Both the position numbers and the translations under genes were made by a program. 64,000 bases of DNA from Octopus bimaculoides (lineage: Eukaryota), in assembly GCF_001194135.2 (NCBI RefSeq), contig NC_068991.1, forward strand, positions 13,029,445 to 13,093,444, in the 5' to 3' direction. Each line of letters begins with the position of its first letter. Within the stretch, counting starts at the first letter, position 1. Positions 59,723 through 64,000 of the stretch are shown here, piece after piece. The notes under the pieces are model-generated. The model saw only the letters and a list, made by a program, of their open reading frames with translations, did not search any database and was not told where the DNA came from.

Positions 59723-61217
59723 GTAGAACAAGATAGAATGTAACATCGACATAGAATTAGATGAACTCAGTCAATAAGAATTGGCTTTTTTAGCCCCTAA
59801 CAATGCAGGGCTGGTGATAAAATACGAGGCAAGGCCCTCAAGGTTTATTGCTCTCCTCCCCTTTATATCCTATCTCAACAGCCAATGAGTGCGTCTTTAC
59901 ACTGTCGCTTGACCTGATAAAAATAGCAGCCAAAGCAGTGCACCAAGATATCGAATCTATTGCAATCATTCGGATCTAAGTTTTGATCCGAATGATTTAT
60001 AGTAAACTCTGTGAATGGCATCCAAATTGTTAAAACTGCGATGTATGTAGTTCAACCGACGAGATTAGAAGGTTGGTTAATGCCACCAGAGAGGGTAACT
60101 GGTTAAACCACGGCTCATCACTGGTTTTCTTCATGACATTTCGGTGGACACTGTAGCATTTACCAGACACTGACATCAAGGATGTGGAAGATTTAATGAC
60201 TAGAGCTAAAGTAAGTACGTTGAATAAACCCCTGGATCTCCAAGAGGAGTGGATATTTAAGGAACAATGTTTCGGGTGTTCGAATTACATATGGTCAGGT
60301 GTTGTAAAGAGGCTAAGCTTGAATTTATTTTGATACTGATGTATCCAGACTGGTCATATAGTGAGCTATTGTAGTCAGCAAATCGGTCAAAGAAAGTTAT
60401 GCGACGATAGCTACTCTTTCAATTGAATAAAGGTGGCGCTTTTTCAGTTACTACCCGCAGTGGGAGTTCTGATAGGGTTAGGGTTCCGGAAGAGAAAGCT
60501 TTCGGTATTCAAAAATAAAACGAGCTGTTATGAGTGCTTTTTTTGAAAAGGAGGGAATCGAGGCAATGCAGGCTACCCTCTTGATCACCTGTCGACTGGC
60601 ATTCATAGCAGTTTCAGCACCTTTCGACAGAACCGCTCCCTGAAGTACTGCTGGTTAACCTTGATACTATCGGAAAATGTATGGGTTATTTTGGCCATAG
60701 TCATGTACATTTTTTTATATTTATCATCCAACGAACGAACCAACCAACCAAATAACCGACAAACCAACTTAACATACTGTCAGTAGCTGCAACCACTACA
60801 ATCATACAACAACTATTTTCTTTTATTAATCACTAAGAATTTGTTCTTTGCTCCCAGATTTAGTCCTCCTACCGCATACATCTATAATATCTACGATGAA
60901 GTATATTCTACTTTGAGTTTTGCTGTCCTTGTTACATGCTACGAAGCCATCACACGCTCAGGAGTGAGTGGTGGCAGTCTGTGCTTAACTATGTATTTAT
61001 GTACAGATTTCGTACCTGGAACTAGAAAGAAAAAACACCTAAAGGTTTCATACAGCTAACATTTTTAACTTCAACATCTGTGTAATCATCAGCGGATGGA
61101 ATGTGAAATGCAATCAGATTTCAGCTTGAACAAGTAAAGGTGACCTCAGAACAAGCACAATGGGACTGCCAAAAGCCTTTTTTGGTATGGCCATTTATTC
61201 TTTTGTATGCATATGCA

Positions 61218-61595
<378 letters not shown>

Positions 61596-62072
61596 CACTA
61601 ACTATATATATTTTTATGTACGTATTCATGTATGTATACATACATTAGACATAAAGACATATATGCATACAAAAATCGCACAGAGAAGAGTGTAACGATG
61701 CATATGTGCAAGTATGTGTGTGTGTATGCTTGGGCGTCAACTACATCCACTCACCCACCCATCCACTCACCCACCCACACATTCACTTACATTCATCTCT
61801 GCGTTTGGTATTTTTACGTTTGAAATATTCAAGTTCATTCAACTTGATGATAATATAAAAACCGGTACATAACAAATGTGACAATACCTCTCTCTTTTTG
61901 ACTCATGACCTTAGCATGTATTAGTGTGTGTGTGTGTATTATGTATACATAATGCACACGAACATAGATATAAATAAAAAATGCGCATTAAGTACAGGAC
62001 ATTACCAACGAGTGAAAAATACGTGAACTCACGAGAGATAAGTACAGGACAAAATGCCGAAAGAAGGTAACT

Positions 62073-62429
62073 AGGAGCGGCTGTGTGGTAAGTAGCTTGC
62101 TTACCAACCACATGGTCCCGGGTTTAGTCCCACTGCGTGCCACCTTGGGCAAGTGTCTTCTACTATAGCCTTGGGCCGACCGAAGCCTTGTGAGTGGGTC
62201 TGGTAGACGGAAACTGAAAGAAGCCCGTCGTATATATATATATGTGTTNNNNNNNNNNATGCTGGTGTGTTTACGTCCCCCGTAACTTAGCGGTTCGGCA
62301 AAAAGAGACCGATAGAATAAGTACTAGGCTTACAAAGAATAAGTCCTGGGGTCGATTTGATTCGACGAAAGGCGGTGCTCCAGCATGGCCGCAGTCAAAA
62401 TGACTGAAACAAGTAAAAGAGTAAAAGAG
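62073..62429 (+). mobile_element. SINE family B, full length (small N gap)
   Basis: Head-to-tail match to 48685-49115. Confidence 0.92.
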
Positions 62430-62484
62430 CTCGTCAGTTGTCGAACTGTTTTATTACTCTCTATTTGTTGCCTTTAATGACGAG

Positions 62485-62862
62485 ATACTCTTTTACTTGT
62501 TTCAGTCATTTGACTGTGGCCATGCTGGAGCACCACCTTAAAGGGTTTGCAAGCCTGGTACTTATTCTATCTATCATCCTTTCGCTTGACCGCTTATCTA
62601 CTGGTTGCCAAATGATGGTGGTAGTGGTGGTGGTGATGGTGGTGGGCAACACAGACATAAATACACACACACGCATGCACACATACATATATACGCAGGC
62701 TTCTTTCAGTTTCCGTCTACCAAATCCACTCACAAGGCTTTGATCAGCTTGAAGCTATATTAGAAGCTATATATATATATATATTCCCCAAAGTACTATC
62801 CAGCGGGACTGAACCTGGAATCATGTGGTTGTAAAGCAAGCTTCTGACCACACCGCCACACC
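62485..62862 (-). mobile_element. SINE family B, degenerate, inverted relative to the preceding copy
   Basis: actcttttacttgtttcagtcatttgac tail; reverse-complement head. Confidence 0.8.
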
Positions 62863-62864
62863 TA

Positions 62865-63780
62865 TACACACACTTTCTGGCTGGTGTTCGTACCATTTTC
62901 TTCCTACTTTAAACTCTCTTTACCACAATATAGCCCAGTGTAGTGCTTTGGCCACAATCGTTTCTGCGTCTAGATTCTTTCTGTGCCTAAGGACTACATA
63001 ATGGATTCCGCTTTCTCATTACATACTCTGCACTTTGCCCTTTTCGCGGATTTGTCTATTTTCCTCTTGATGATATTCGTCCGCAATGACTGGTACTGAG
63101 CAGCCATTACGAGTCCTTCCGTTTCTTTCTTAAGGTCTCCTTATTTCTTTATTGCCCACAAGGGGCTAAACATAGAAGGGGACAAACAAGGACAGACAAA
63201 GGAATTAAGTCGATTACAACGACCCCAGTGCGTAACTGGTACTTAATTTATCGACCCTGAAAGGATGAAAGGCAAAGTTGACCTCGGTGGAATTTGAGCT
63301 CAGAACGTAACGGCAGACGAAATACCGCTAAGCATTTCGCCCGGCGTGCTAACGTTTCTGCCAGCTCGCCACCTTAGGTCTCCTTCATCTGCCAAATCCC
63401 AAACTCCTCCGCTGCAACGTCTTGCATTTGTATCGGATGCTTAACGTGTAGTTCTTTCCCTCAAACGTTTCTTTCTCGCTCCTGCTTTCTTCTTTTCTCG
63501 TATTCCGTTGCCGTCACCACAGTTTCTTTCTCCTCTCCTCTGGCAGCTGAAATCAGTTTTTCTCAGTTACTTCTCACATGTTCTTCTATATCACATTTTG
63601 CTCATCTCGACAGTCATCTATTGATACCAGTCCCCTCTCCTTCCCTTCCGTGGTAGTTATAACCTATTGACACTGTCTCGGAGATGTAGCGACCTCTACA
63701 TGGACATTGTCTTCCTGAACTTACAACCCATGCCTCTTAATTCTTCTTAACTCTAATCTAAGGAAGCACCAGAATATTGT
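62865..63780 (-). mobile_element. R4/Dong-clade RLE non-LTR retrotransposon fossil, interrupted by SINE D (63143-63372)
   Basis: Degenerate SLHLRDSVNRL(Y)LPRK(EGGRGL), (L)KKETEGLVMAAQYQSLRTN, CRVCNEK, VAKALHW, KWYEHQPE; SINE TSD t(a)aggtctcctt. Confidence 0.85.
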
Positions 63781-64000
63781 ACTAGAGACAAGGCTTTGGT
63801 CGGCTAGAGACTATAGTAGAAGACACTTGCCCACGCAGTGGGACTGAACCCGGAACCATGTGGTTCGTAAGCAAGCTTCTTACCACACAGCCACTCCTTC
63901 GCCTATGTATGTATGTATGTATGCCGCAAATGCAAAATATAAGTTAGTCCTAGAGCGCACAATGTTCCTGAAGGTCGGCAATGGTCTTCCTCGGTCACGA

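Overview
AT-rich, microsatellite- and SINE-dense eukaryotic DNA with several N gaps. The SINE repertoire and intron style suggest a cephalopod (octopus-like) genome; this is inference. Bases 93-52490 hold the 3' part of one very large plus-strand gene. I traced 41 GT-AG exons by hand (about 6.28 kb, about 2090 aa visible; the 5' end lies upstream of the window). The protein has about 25-30 ankyrin repeats, a ~105-aa acidic insert, a WGR domain, a PARP regulatory (helical) domain and a PARP catalytic domain with an intact H-Y-E triad. This is the C. elegans PME-5/TANK-1 type, not the vertebrate SAM-tankyrase type. Splice phases match at every junction except two, and both exceptions span N gaps. 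That predicts two hidden exons, one carrying the W-G-R motif itself. The introns and 3' flank contain at least four SINE families, piggyBac/hAT-type MITEs, a HINE-like element, and fossils of mariner, Penelope (GIY-YIG), RTE (one with three C2H2 fingers), HERO-like and R4/Dong-like elements, many nested and with visible target-site duplications. There is no CRISPR array or prokaryote-type system. Family names for repeats come from remembered motifs, not database searches.
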